This document shows positions 45,820 through 58,360 of a DNA stretch of 64,000 nt, piece after piece (position 1 is the first letter of the stretch; each line of letters begins with the position of its first letter). Made by a program: the position numbers and the translations under genes. Source of the DNA: Scyliorhinus canicula (lineage: Eukaryota); the NCBI RefSeq assembly GCF_902713615.1, contig NC_052146.1:69521238-69585237 (forward strand). The letters are read 5' to 3'. The notes below the pieces were generated by a model. It was not told where the DNA came from, searched no databases, and saw nothing but the letters and a program-made list of their open reading frames with translations.

Positions 45820-48310
45820 AGTGAACAAAGAACAAAGAAAATACAGCACAGTAACAGGGCCTTCGGCCCTCCAAGCCTGCGAGACCATGCTGCCCGTCTA
45901 AACTAAAATATTCTGCACTTCCGGGGTCCGTCTCCCTCTATTCCCATCCTAATCATTTATTTGTCAATATGCCCCTTAAACGTCACTATCGTTCCTGCTT
46001 CAACCACGTCCTCCGGTAGCGAGTTCCAGGCACCCAGTTGCCTCGTACATCACCTCTAAACCTTGCCCCTCGCACCTTAAACCTACGCCTCCTAATAATT
46101 GACCCATCCACTCTGGGGAAAAGCCTCTGTCCTTCCACTCTGTCTATGTCCCTCATAATTTTGTAAGCCTCTATCAGGTCGACCCTCAACCTCCCTCATT
46201 CCAGAGAGAACAAACCCAGTTTATTCAACTTCCCCATATAGCTAATGCCCTCCATACCAGGCAACATTCTGGTAAATCTCTTCTGCACCCCCTCTAAAGC
46301 CTCCACATCCCTCTGGTAGTGTGACGACCAAAATTGAACACTATACTCCAAGTGTGCCCTGAGTTTCTATGCAGCTGCAACATGACTTGCCAATTTTTAT
46401 TCTCAATGCCCCGGCCAACGAAGGCAAGCATGCCATATGCCTTCTTGACTACCTTCTCCAGCTGTGTTGCCCCTTTCAGTGACCTGTGGACCTGCACACC
46501 TAGATCTTTCTGACTGTCAATACGTTTGAGGATTCTACCCGTCACTGTATATTCCCTACCTGTATTAGACCTTCCAAAATGCATTGCCTCACATTTGTCC
46601 GGATTAAACACCATCTGCCATCTCTCCACCCAAGTCTCCAAATGATCTAAATCCTGCTGTATTCTCTGACAGTCCTCACCACTATCCGCAATTCCACCAA
46701 CCTTTGTGGCATCTGCAAATGTACTAATCAGACCAGTTACATTTTCCTCCCAATTGTTTATATATACTACGAACAGCAACGGTCCCAGCACTGATCCCTG
46801 TGGAACACCACCAGTCACAGCCCTCCAATCAGAAAAGCACCCTTCCATTGCTACTCTCTGCCTTCTATGACCCAGCCAGTTCTGTATCCATCTTGCCAGC
46901 TCACCTCTGATCCCGTGTGACTTCAACTTTTGTACCAGTCTGCTATGACGGACTTTGTCAAAGGCCTTACTGAAGTCCATATCGACAGTATACAATGGCC
47001 TACCTGCATCAATCACCTTTGTGACCTCCTCGAAAAACTCTATCAAGTTAGTGAGACACAACCTCCCCTACACAAAACCGTGCTGCCTCTCACTAATACG
47101 TTCAGTTGCTTCCAGATGGGAGTAGGTCCTTTCTCGAAGAAGTCTCTCCAGTAATTTCCCTACCGCTGACGTAAGGCTCACCAGCCTGTAGTTCCCTGGA
47201 TTATCCTTGCTACCCATATGAAACAAAGGAACAACATTGGCTATTCTCCAGTCCTCCAGGTCATCACCTGAAGACAGTGAGGATCCAAATATTTTTGTTA
47301 GGCATCAGCAATTTCCTCTCTTGCCTCCTTCAGTATTCTGGGCTAGATCCCATCAGGTCCTGGGGACTTATCCACCTTAATATTTTTCAAGACACCCAAT
47401 ACCTCATCTTTTTGAATCTCAAGGTGACCATGGCTATCTACACATCCTTCTCCAGACTCAACATCCACCAATACATTCTGTTTGGTGGATACTGATACAA
47501 AGTATTCATTTAGCACCTCGTCCATTTCCTCTGACTCCACACATAGATTCTCTCCTCTGTCTTTCAGTGGCCCGACTCTTTCCCTGGCCACCCGCTTGCT
47601 TTTTATGTAAGTGTAAAAAGCCTTGGGGTTTTCCTTAACCCGATTTGCCACTCCCCCTTTTTGTCACCCCGTTTAGCCCTCCTGACTCCTTGCTTAAGTA
47701 CCTTCCTACTTTCCTTATATTCCACACAGGCTTCGTCTGATCCCAGCCTTCTAACCCTGACAAATGCCTCCTTTTTCTATTTGACGAGACCTACAATTTA
47801 TTTCATTACCCAAGGTTCCCGAAATTTGCCATATTTATCCTTCTTCCACACAGGAACATGTCGGTCCTGAATTCCTTTCAACTGACATTGAAAGCCTCCC
47901 ACGTGTCAGATATTGATTTACCCTCAAACATCCGCCCCTAATTTATATTCTTCAGTTCCCACGTAATATTGTCATAATTAACCTTCCCCCTTTAGCACAT
48001 TTACCCTAGGTCCACTCTTATCCTTGTCCACAGCACTTTAAAACTTACTCAATCGTGGTCACTGTTCCTGAAAAGCTCCCACACTGAAACTTCTACCACC
48101 TGGCCGGGCTCATTCCCTAATAACAGGTCCAGTATAGCCCCTTCCCTAGTTGGACTATCTGCATATTGTTTTACGAAGCCCTCCTGGATGCTCCTTCCAA
48201 ACTCTGCCCAGTCGTAGTCCCTAGCACTAAGTGAGTACCAGTCAATATTGGGGAAGTTAAAGTCTCCCACCACAACAACCCTCTTGCTTTTTCTCCTTTC
48301 CCAATAACTA
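45820..48310 (-). mobile_element. CR1 LINE, truncated and frameshifted (EN and RT)
   Basis: VVVGDFNFPNIDW, SDH, NRVKENPKAFY, LTNLIEFF, QGSVLGPLLF, FADATKVGG; (ttctttg)n tail. Confidence 0.9.
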
Positions 48311-49554
48311 TGAAACATCATGTAACATAGTTTTCAAAATAGATCAATCTAACTTTTGGTTCGGGAAAAGGCAGAACCATATTTTGGTGTTCACAATACG
48401 TTCATCCCATGGGCACTTCTAAAGCATCTGATTACATAAATTCAGGGCAAACCCCTGTTGAATAAACCCGATGTGGGACAGTGCCTTGTACTGCAGGATT
48501 CATTGTCACGCTATCACATTGAATAATGATTACATTGAAGCAGGTGCTATTGTTGGCAAGTCAAATTGTTCCAGCTGCATTCACTGTGAGGCCTTGACTT
48601 GAACCAAAGCGACTTGAAATAAAATCAGCTTTGCACCAATCGCAAACTCGACACCATATCCATTTGGTATTCCGTCTTGCTTTTTCTGCATGATTTGGAG
48701 CAGCAAGACACGAATTACTAAAAGTAGCAGCAGGTAGTCGAGGTCATAAAAAGTGCAAACACGGTGCTGGTGCATTCCTGGAACAATAGAACAGAACATC
48801 AGATGATTTATTGGTCGATTTTTATTGAAGTGTTAAGGTTCAATAAAGTTAAGGTTTCCATACAACAAAAATGTTTCTGAAGGGCATGAGAAATGCAAAA
48901 GTATTTTCAAAATTGTTTCTGGAATTGGGATTATGTAGCCATCAGGAAAATAAATACGCTGTGCTCTTTTCTCAGAGGCGAAGACTGCAGGGGTTTAAAA
49001 TAGACGGCTTTAAAAACTCATGAAAAGTTGAGATACGGTGAACAAAGAGAAGTTGTTTACACCGGTGAGTCCGGAAGAAGAATAAATAAAAGATTGCCAG
49101 CTCCAGGACCAATAAACATTTTATTGGAACTTATTGGTTGAGAAATGCTTGTAGGCAGGGACGCGGGGCCGCTGATCGAGGTTTCGTTCTCTGAATAGAA
49201 ATAACGAACGCCGTTCCTAAGCAACAGTTCCCGGACGACACCTTTTCGTCATTGATATCGATGTGTTGAATGAAGGGGGTAGGGAGTTACAGATACAAGT
49301 TTATAGATCAGAGTAAGTTAAGGAGATACATTAAGTTGTCTGACGCGTCGATATGAGATCATAACTTATCTAGGTAAATAGAAGCGGTGAAAATATGATA
49401 GATGGAGATTAATGTGGCGAGGGGGAAAGTCAACCACTTTGGTCTTGAGAATGACAACTCAAAATATTTACTTAATGCAAGAATCGCTGGATGAACAACG
49501 GATTTATGTGTATAAATCACTGAGAAGGAACAGATTCAAAAAGTCAAACAGAAT

Positions 49555-52500
49555 AAGAACATAAGAACTAGGAGCAGGAGTAGGCCATCTGGCCCCTCGA
49601 GCCTGCTCCGCCATTCAATGAGATCATGGCTGATCTTTTGTGGACTCAGGTCCACTTTCCGGCCTGAACACCATAACCCTTAATCCCTTTATTCTTCAAA
49701 AAAACGATCTATCTTTATCTTAAAAACATTTAATGAAGGAGCTTCTACTGCTTCACTGGGCAGGGAATTCCATAGATTCACAACCCTTTGGGTGAAGAAG
49801 TTCCTCCTAAACTCAGCCCTAAATCTACTTCCCCTTATTTTGAGGCTATGCCCCCCAGTTCTGCTTTCACCCGCCACTGGAAACAACATGCCCGCATCTA
49901 TCCTGTCTATTCCCTTCATAATTTTATATGTTTCTATATGATCCCCCCTCATCCTTCTAAATTCCAACGAGTACAGTCCCAGTCTACTCAACCACTCCTC
50001 GTAATCCAACCCCTTCAGCTCTGGGATTAACCTAGTGAATCTCCTCTCCACACCCTCCAGTGCCAGTACGTCCTTTCTCAAGTAAGGAGACCAAAACTGA
50101 ACACAATACTCCAGGTGTGGCTTCACTAACACCTTATACAATTGCAGCATAACCTCCCTAGTCTTAAACTCCATCCCTCTAGCAATAAAGGACAAAATTC
50201 CATTTGCCTTCTTAATCACCTGTTGCACCTGTAAACCAACTTTTTGCGACTCATACACTAGCACATCCAGGTCTCTCTGCACAGCAGCATGCTTCAATAT
50301 TTTATCATTTAAATAGTGATCCCGTTTGCTGTTATTCCTACAAAAATGTATAACCTCACATTTATCAACATTGTATTCCATCTGCCAGACCCTAGCCCAT
50401 TCACTTAATTTATCCAAATCCCTCTGCAGACTTCCAGTATCCTCTGCACTTTTCGCTTTACCATTTATCTTAGTGTCGTCTGCAAACTTGGACACATTGC
50501 CCTTGATTCCCCAACTCCAAATCATCTATGTAAATTGTGAACAATTGTCGGCCCAACACTGATCCTTGAGGGACACCACTAGCTACCGATTGCCAACCAG
50601 AGAAACACCCATTAATCCCCACTCTTTGCTTTCTATTAATTAACCAATCCTCTATCCATGCTAATACTTTACCCTTAATGCCATGCATCTTTATCTTATG
50701 CAGCAACCTTTTGTGTGGCACCTTGTCAAAGGCTCTCTGGAAATCCAGATATACCACATCCATTGGCTCCCCCGTTATCTACTGCACTGGTAATGTCCTC
50801 AAAAAATTCCACTAAATTAGATAGGCACGACCTGCCCTTTATGAACCCATGCTGCGTTTGCCCAATGGGGCAATTTCTATCCAGGTGACTCGCTATTTCT
50901 TCCTTGATTATAGGTTCCAGCATCTTCCCTACTACTGAAGTTAAGCTCACTGGCCTATAATTACCCGCTCTCTGCCTACCTCCTTTTTTAAACAATGGTG
51001 TCACGTTTGCTAATTTCCAATCCACCGGGACCACCACAGAGTCTCGTGAATTTTGGTAAATTATCGCTAGTGCATTTGCAATTTCCCTATCCATCTCTTT
51101 TAGCGCTCTGTGATGCATTCCATCAGGGCCAGGAGACTTGTCTACCTTTAGCCCCATTAGCTTGCCCATCACTACCACCTTAGTGATAAAATCCTCTCAA
51201 TGTCCTCACCTGTCATACCTTCTTTTCTATCAGTCACTGGCATGTTATTTGTGTCTTCCACTGTGAAGACCGACCTAAAAGACCTGTTCAGTTCCTCAGC
51301 CATTTCCTCATCTCCCATTATTAAAACTCCCTTCTCATCCTCTAAAGGACCAACATTTACCTTAGCCACTCTTTGTTGTTTTATATATTTGTAGAAACTT
51401 TTACTATCTGTTTTTATATTCTGAGCAAGTTTACTCTCATAATCTATCTTACTCTTCTTTATAGCTTTTTCAGTAGTTTTCTGTTGCCCCCCAAAGATTT
51501 CCCAGTCCTCTCGTCTCCCACTAATCTTTGCCATTTTATATGCTTTTTCCTTCAATTTGATACTCTCCCTTATTTCCTGAGATATCCACGGTCGATTTTC
51601 TCTCTTTCTACCGTCCTTCCTTTTTGTTGGTATAATTCTTTGCTGAGCACTGTGTAAAATCGCTTGGAAGGTTCTCCACTGTTCCTCAACTGTTCCACCA
51701 TAAAGTCTTTGCTCCCAGTTTACCTTAGCTAGTTCTTCTCTCATCCCATTGTAATCTCCTTTGTTTAAGCACAAAACACTAGTATTTGATTTTACCTTCT
51801 CACCCTCCATCTGTATTTTAAATTCCACCATATTGTGATCGCTCCTTCTGAGAGGATTCCTAACTATGAGATCATGAATCAATCCTGTCTCATTACACAG
51901 GACAAGATCTAGGACCGCTTGTTCCCTCCTAGGTTCCATTACATACTGTTCTAGGAAACTATCGTAGATACATTCTATAAACTCCTCCTCAAGGCTGCCT
52001 TGACCTGGTTAAACCAATCGACATGTAGATTAAAATCCACCATGATAATTGCTGTACCATTTCTACATGCATCAGTTATTTCTTTGTTTATTGCCTACCC
52101 CACCATAATGTTACTATTTGGTGGCCTATAGACTACTCCTATCAGTGACTTTTTCGCCTTACTATTCCTGATTTCCACCCAAATAGATTCAACCTTATCC
52201 TCCATAGCACCAATGTCGTCCCTTACTATTGCCCGGATGTCATCCTTAAAGAACAGAGCTACACCACCTCCCTTACCATCCACTCTGTCCTTCCAAATAG
52301 TTTGATACCCTCGGATATTTAACTCCCAGTCGTGACCATCCTTTAACCATGTTTCAGTAATGGCCACTGAATCATAGTCATTCACGATGATTTGCGCCAT
52401 CAACTCATTTACTTTATTCTGAATCCTACGAGCATTCAGGTAAAGTACATTTATGTTGGCTTTTTTACCTCTGTTTTGAATCTTAACATCTCGATCTCGA
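49555..52500 (-). mobile_element. CR1 LINE covering most of ORF2, frameshifted
   Basis: YLNARRIQNK..ETWL, LDLVLCNE, SDHNMV, NYRPVSLTSVVGK, YLDFQRAFDKVP, FADDTK; (ttcttat)n tail. Confidence 0.92.
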
Positions 52501-52519
52501 TCAGAATGTAGATCTTTAT

Positions 52520-52679
52520 TTAATAAAAACAAATTACTGGGGATGCTGGAATCTGAAACCAAAGAGAAAATGCTGGAAATCTCAACAGGTCTGACAGCAC
52601 CTGTAGTGAGAGAAAATAGATAACGTTTCAATTCCAAATGACCAAGGCCTGCTGAGATTTCCAGCATTTTCTCTTTGGT
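52520..52679. mobile_element. Penelope-like terminus with inverted duplication
   Basis: accaaagagaaaatgctggaaatctcaacaggtc (52557-52590) is matched by its near-perfect reverse complement at about 52646-52679. Confidence 0.6.
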
Positions 52680-54022
52680 AGAGCTTTATTTCAAGTGTAT
52701 CCGAATTTAAAATTTGCATTAAAAATACTTTCTGCTGTTTATAGCTTTGATCAAATCCCATCTGGGGAATACATTCACGTTTGCACAGTGAACCTCAGGA
52801 AGGATATATTGACCTCATGAGAGGGATGCAGTGTGATTCACCAGGGTTAAACCAGCGTTTCAAGAGGTGGATTATGAAGACAGATGGCATAAACCTGGTC
52901 TGCACTTCGTTACACTATAATGCCGGACGGTAGATCTAATCAAAGTATTTGAAATGCTGAAGTGATGTAATAGGATAGATCCAGAGAAAGAAGTTCCACT
53001 AACGACAGAATCCAGAAAAAAATGCCATAATCTTGAATCGGAGTGACGCTATTTCGAAATCAGGAAACTAGATCCCTTAATTCCCTCCCACAGTTTATCT
53101 TGGCCATGCGATCCAAATAGTCCCTTGATTATTTTTCCACTAAATCACTGGCCATCCAACATCCCTTTTGCCAGCTTCTTCGCCGACTAGGTTAACTATT
53201 TCCCTCCTCAGATGCTATTCCACTTTTCATAATTGTGATCATCAACTCTCTCCTAAAACCATTACTGCCCCTTTGTCCTTGCAAACTACTACCCCATCTT
53301 CAAATACTTTTGTCAACACAAACTCATCTCTCAAATCCAGAACTATCTTCTCAGTAATTCCGCGTCTGAATTCCTCCCATCACGTTTCTGCTACTGCCAC
53401 TGTATTGGAACAAACAGTATCAACGTCACATCCTATTCAACAGTTACCGCGGTAACAATCACTGCTCGTTCATTTCAAACTAGTTCAACTTAGCCCTTGA
53501 CGTCGTTCATCACAGCATCCAATCACACTACACCGTCGGTCCTTTCGTTGGGAGCGTTTTCACCAGGCTCCATTCTTATTTCTCAAGGAGTAGCCCTATT
53601 ATTACCTGCAATTGCTTCCTGGTCCCATGCCACCAGCTCAGGTGAACACTAACATAAAAACCTTGAGTTTACCGTTCATCTAGCCTACTTGGCGACATCA
53701 TTTAAAATAGACAAGCTCGATATGCACGCTAAAATCATACAGCTCCATCTTATCGTCACCTGGTTGGGCTCTTCTACAATGCCCGATGATCAGGGATTTG
53801 TCCCAACTATTGGGAAGAACAGACCAGTTGTTTCCGCTCCACATCAAGAATTTCATTCTTTAGCCATTAACTCCATTCCTCCCACTGGAACTGTCTAAGA
53901 TCAGTCCAAATTGTTCTCATCCTTGCTGTCATTTGTGAGCCTGCTCTTGCAATTGTGAAGTTGAACCTGATGCTGCTCCCTGGCTCTGATATCTAGAATA
54001 CGAGGGCGTAGAATCTAAATGG

Positions 54023-54345
54023 TAGAATCATAGAATTCCTACAGTGCAGAGGGGAGCCATTTGGCCCATCGAGTCTGCGCAAGCCTTCTGAGAGAGCACC
54101 CCACCCAAGCCCAAACCTCCGGCCCATTCCAGCAGCCCCAGCACACATTTTGACACTAAGAGGCAATTTAATACGGCTAATCCACCTAACCTGCACATAT
54201 TTCGAATGTGGGAGAAAAGTGGAGTACCCAGAGGAAGCCCACGCAGACGAGAGGAGAATGGGCACACTCCTCACAGTCACCCATCCCGAAATCAAACACG
54301 AATCCCTAACGCTGTGAGGCAGCAGGAATAACCACTGTGCCACCC
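54023..54345 (-). mobile_element. Older HE1-type SINE
   Basis: Tail, V-core and head are recognisable. Confidence 0.75.
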
Positions 54346-55098
54346 TTGAGTGGTCACTATTTCCGACAGAGACGAAGAAACGCAAAGCTGTCCAATTATA
54401 CCCAGACCCGTGTTATTTCTCCATAACCCTCAAAAGTTCTTATTTTCAAGCATAAATTCTACTCATTTTTAGAAGTGATTATTGAACATGATTCATCATC
54501 TTTCTAAACCTTGCTTCCAGATCATAACAACTAGCTGTATAGCTTTTTTCACAATCTGGGGAAATGTAGGTGTGCATAAAACGGATTAAGCATAGTTTCC
54601 TCCAAAATAAATTAAAATTAAAATGATTCCTATTAGCCTAATGAACTTGGCCTGCCACGTTCATATTGAAATATTTGTGTAGTTACATGTAGCCCTGTCC
54701 TTACACCTCCTTTAATATTGTAGAATTTCGTTTATATTGACTTCGGAACAAAATCGCAGTTAGTTCGTCTTTATTTTAAACTTCATTTGCCATGTCTGTG
54801 CCCGTTGTGCACACATTCTCCAGTTGGATTTTACCGGCCTGTTTAGCTCCCTTGGCTTGACTGCTGGTTTGTGATGCAGCGCAAACTCTGCGGCCGTACT
54901 GGTTGAAGTTATTCATGATGAAGGCCCGCCTTCTCAACCTTGACCTTCGCCTGAGGTGTTGTGATCCTCAGGTTAAACCATGACCAGTCAGCTCTCCCCC
55001 TGCCCAGAGTGGTGGGGTGTCGGTGTCCACGTGTCACCTGTTACAATCTTTCTCATTGCTATAAACTTTGGCAGTGTACCCTATGTACCCTATATCTA

Positions 55099-55310
55099 GC
55101 GGCATGGGAGCACAGTGGTTAGCCCAGTTGCTCGACAGCTCCAGAGTCCCAGTTTCGATTCCGGCTTGGGTCACTGTCTGTGCGTAGTCTGCACGTTCTT
55201 CCCGTGTCTGCCTGGGTTTCCTCCCACAGTCCAAAGATGTGCAGGATAAGTGGATTGGCCACGCTAAATTGCCCTTTGTGTCCAAAATGGTTAGGTGGGG
55301 TTACTGGGTT
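55099..55310 (+). mobile_element. V-SINE, tail-truncated
   Basis: Head and V-core present. Confidence 0.75.
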
Positions 55311-55513
55311 GCCCTATGTGGTAGCAGTCGTTATTTTGGAGGGGATGTCTGCGGAGCGAGCTCTTGCATCCAGTAGATGGTGCACACTGCTGCTACTATG
55401 CCTCTGTGCTGGAGGGACTGATTGGCGGCGGAGCACCGATCAAGTGGTTGTTTTGTACAGGATGATGTTGAGCTTCTTGAGTATTGTTGGTGCTGCACTC
55501 ATTCAGCCAAATT

Positions 55514-55831
55514 ATAGAACAGTACAGCACAGAACAGGCCCTTCGGCCCTCAATGTTGTGCCGAGCAATGATCACCCTACTTAAACCCACGTAACCCGTA
55601 TCCCAACAATCCCCCCATTAACCTTACACTACGGGAAATTTAGCATGGCCAATCCACCTAACCCACACATCTTTGGACTGTGGGAGGAAACCGGAGCACC
55701 CGGAGGAAACCCACGCACACACGGGGAGGACGTGCAGACTCCACACAGACAGTGACCCAGCCGGGAATCGAACCTGGGACCACTGGAGCTGTGAAGCATT
55801 GATGCTAACCACCATGCTATCGTGAGGCCCC
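55514..55831 (-). mobile_element. Young HE1-type SINE inserted in a LINE fragment
   Basis: Head ggggcctcacgatagcatgg closely matches the copy at 515, and the CR1 tail is present. Confidence 0.9.
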
Positions 55832-57746
55832 TAAATGGAGAGTCTTCCATCACACACCTGACTTGTGCTTGTGGGTGGTGGAGGAGTTTGGGGAGTCAGA
55901 GGTGAGCCAGTCACTGTGGATTCATAAGCACTGACCTACTCGGATAGCTACAGTGTTCATATGGCTAGTTCAGCTCAGTCTTTGGTCAGTGCTAACCACT
56001 GTGCTACCGTGCTGCCTTTAGTGTATAACACAGGAATCAAATTGTTCGGGGACATTCTTTGCGTTTGATTGGTACTGACTCGACAGTCACAGGCGCTGAA
56101 CAGCACACTGAAAGTGAGGAGGCACACACAAACACGAGGTAGCCGTGATGAGTAGATGACGGGAGACACGCGGTTGGCAGACTTTGACCAGAGTAATGAT
56201 GAGGACCAGGCTAGCGCTATTTCTTTCACAGGGCAACGACCTAAAGTGGGGCCAAATGAAACAGAAAGGACTAGTGTGTGGAAGGTGGTTACTATTATAG
56301 ACTGAGTAGGAAAGGCCTCTGGAAAATACAAAAAATAGTTTAAATGTGCGGGAAGATGGGCAAGAGGCAAGATCTAGGCATTGGGAAAACGATGTAAAAA
56401 TGTGAAAACCAAAAAGTGAAGGATCAGTTCTGACACTGAACCAGAAAGTGGCCTTGAGCTCAGAAAAAAAAATCACAAACTTGCGGACGAGTTTCTGCTC
56501 GTCTGAGGGAACGGTTTGCAGTCCAAACTAGCGCCAACGCTTGAATCGCTTGCATCTACAGGATGCAACGCTTGAAGTTTCTGGGCACCCGACTGGCCAG
56601 AAGTCCTCTATTATGGAAACTCCTTCGCAGAAAGATGTCAAGTCTTTCCCTTTGCCAATTTCTGTCCCCACCATCGGTTAAATGGCAGCGGGAAAGACAG
56701 CATGAGCAAAGAAGTGAGTTGGCGGGGTAGACAACCTGGCTATCCGAAAAATACTGTCCTTGCAACTGAAAAGTCCTGCCGGATATTTGCATTGGCTGTG
56801 AAATCCAGAACGAGGGGTCAGTGGTCAAATTCTTAGGACTGAAACGAAGCGATGTAAAGCTGTCCAATTATTCCAAGGCACCTTAACGTTTCAATTGTTC
56901 TTCTTTTCAAGGATAAATTATACTCACTCTTAGAAGTGATTCTGGATATGGCACATCGCCATTTAAAGCCTTTCATTTCACATAAACAAAACTAGCTCCG
57001 TAGCTTTATATCATCAGCTAAAGAAAAATATGTCTGCATAGATGGGATAAGTACCTGGTTCCCATCAAAAAGAAACACAAATTGAAATAATGTGTGCGGA
57101 ACCTTGTATTGTGCTCAGTTTCCAACCATATTACAGAGGAACGCAACACAAAAATCGTACTCTTTCCAGTAATCGCACTCCGGTGCTCGACCAACATTCC
57201 ATGCAGGCCTTTCAGTTTCATGAATTTATCTTATTTCCTTCTTGATGTTTTCATTGGATCCGTTTCCTTCTTTTTTCGGCGAATTCCACGTCAACACAAC
57301 TCACTGCAAATGTTTTCCCCATGGCACCTTTGATCGCGCGAAATGTTCACTCCGTGTCTGCCTCCACAGATGCTTCCGGGTGAGTTGATTTTTTCCCCGA
57401 ATTATCTATTTTATTTCAGTTTTATTTCAGTTATTTATTGCCTATTAAAAAAAAGAAAACAGGTAACAAATTGATCGATGACCCTATGGGAAGTGAGTCT
57501 GGAATTATTACTCCTGGAAAATAAGATTGCAGCTGAGGGGAACAGACAGCATCATAGAAATAGCTGCCAATCAGGAAATGGTAGAGAGCGGAACTCTGGA
57601 AAATCGCAATCGTCCGGAAGTGGCACCAAGAAAGGTGCGGGCCAACAACTCGGTCGTAAAGGACGTGACTAATGTGATAATTGATTGGTTGATGTTAATT
57701 TTCCGAAATTTCATGCAAAAAGAAAGGGAGACGAAAAGCAGGAACC

Positions 57747-58047
57747 GGGCGGCACGGTAGCATAATGGTTAGCACTGTTACTTCACGGTGCCAGGGTCCC
57801 AGGTTCGATCCCTCGGCTTGGGTCAGTGTCTGTGAGGAATCTGCACGTTCTCCCCGCGTGGGTTACCCGGGCACTCCGCTTTCTTCCCATAAGTACCAAA
57901 AGTCATGCTGTTAGGTAACTTGGACATTCTGAATTCTCCCTCAGTGTGCCCGAACAGGCGCCAGAATGTTGCGACGAGGGGCTTTTCACAGTAACTTCAT
58001 TGCAGTGTTAATGTAAGCCTACTTGTGACAATAAAGATTATTATTAT
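57747..58047 (+). mobile_element. V-SINE with (ATT)n L2-type tail
   Basis: Head and core followed by ggcttttcacagtaacttcattgcag..gacaataaagattattatt. Confidence 0.8.
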
Positions 58048-58360
58048 CAGTTAACGGAACATGTGAAATGTAGGGAAAACGTTAGAAGCTATTATTAAAA
58101 ACTTGGTGTCAGAAATTGCTGGATAGCACATAAGAAAAATCAGGGTAATCAGGTAGAAGCAGCACGCTTTTGTAAAAGGGAAATCATGTTTAATCATTTA
58201 TTGGAATTATTTCAGGAAGTAACATATATTGTGGACAAAGGGGAGCAGGTGGATGTACTGCACTTCATAGAACATAGAACATAGAACACTACAGCGCAGT
58301 ACGGGCCCTTCGGCCCTCGATGTTGCGCCGACCTGTGAAACCATCTGAAGCCTATCTGAC

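Noticed and set aside
55975-56328. Minus-strand acceptor plus about 100-codon frame with faint V-like words (TQS, SVSFG, C, W, IY)
   Set aside because: The spacings do not fit a V domain, there is no DxxxYxC motif or leader donor, and the frame ends in a SINE head.
15561-56792. Scattered perfect octamers (15561, 25455, 37548, 40784, 52712, 56785) as enhancers or extra promoters
   Set aside because: Several lie inside Harbinger-like repeats, a few are expected by chance in 64 kb of AT-rich DNA, and none has a convincing leader exon at the right distance.
54340-57010. Similar blocks at about 54340-54560 and 56815-57010 as a local segmental duplication
   Set aside because: Both look like degraded CR1-type 3' ends, so independent insertions explain the similarity. 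By-eye alignment cannot show more.
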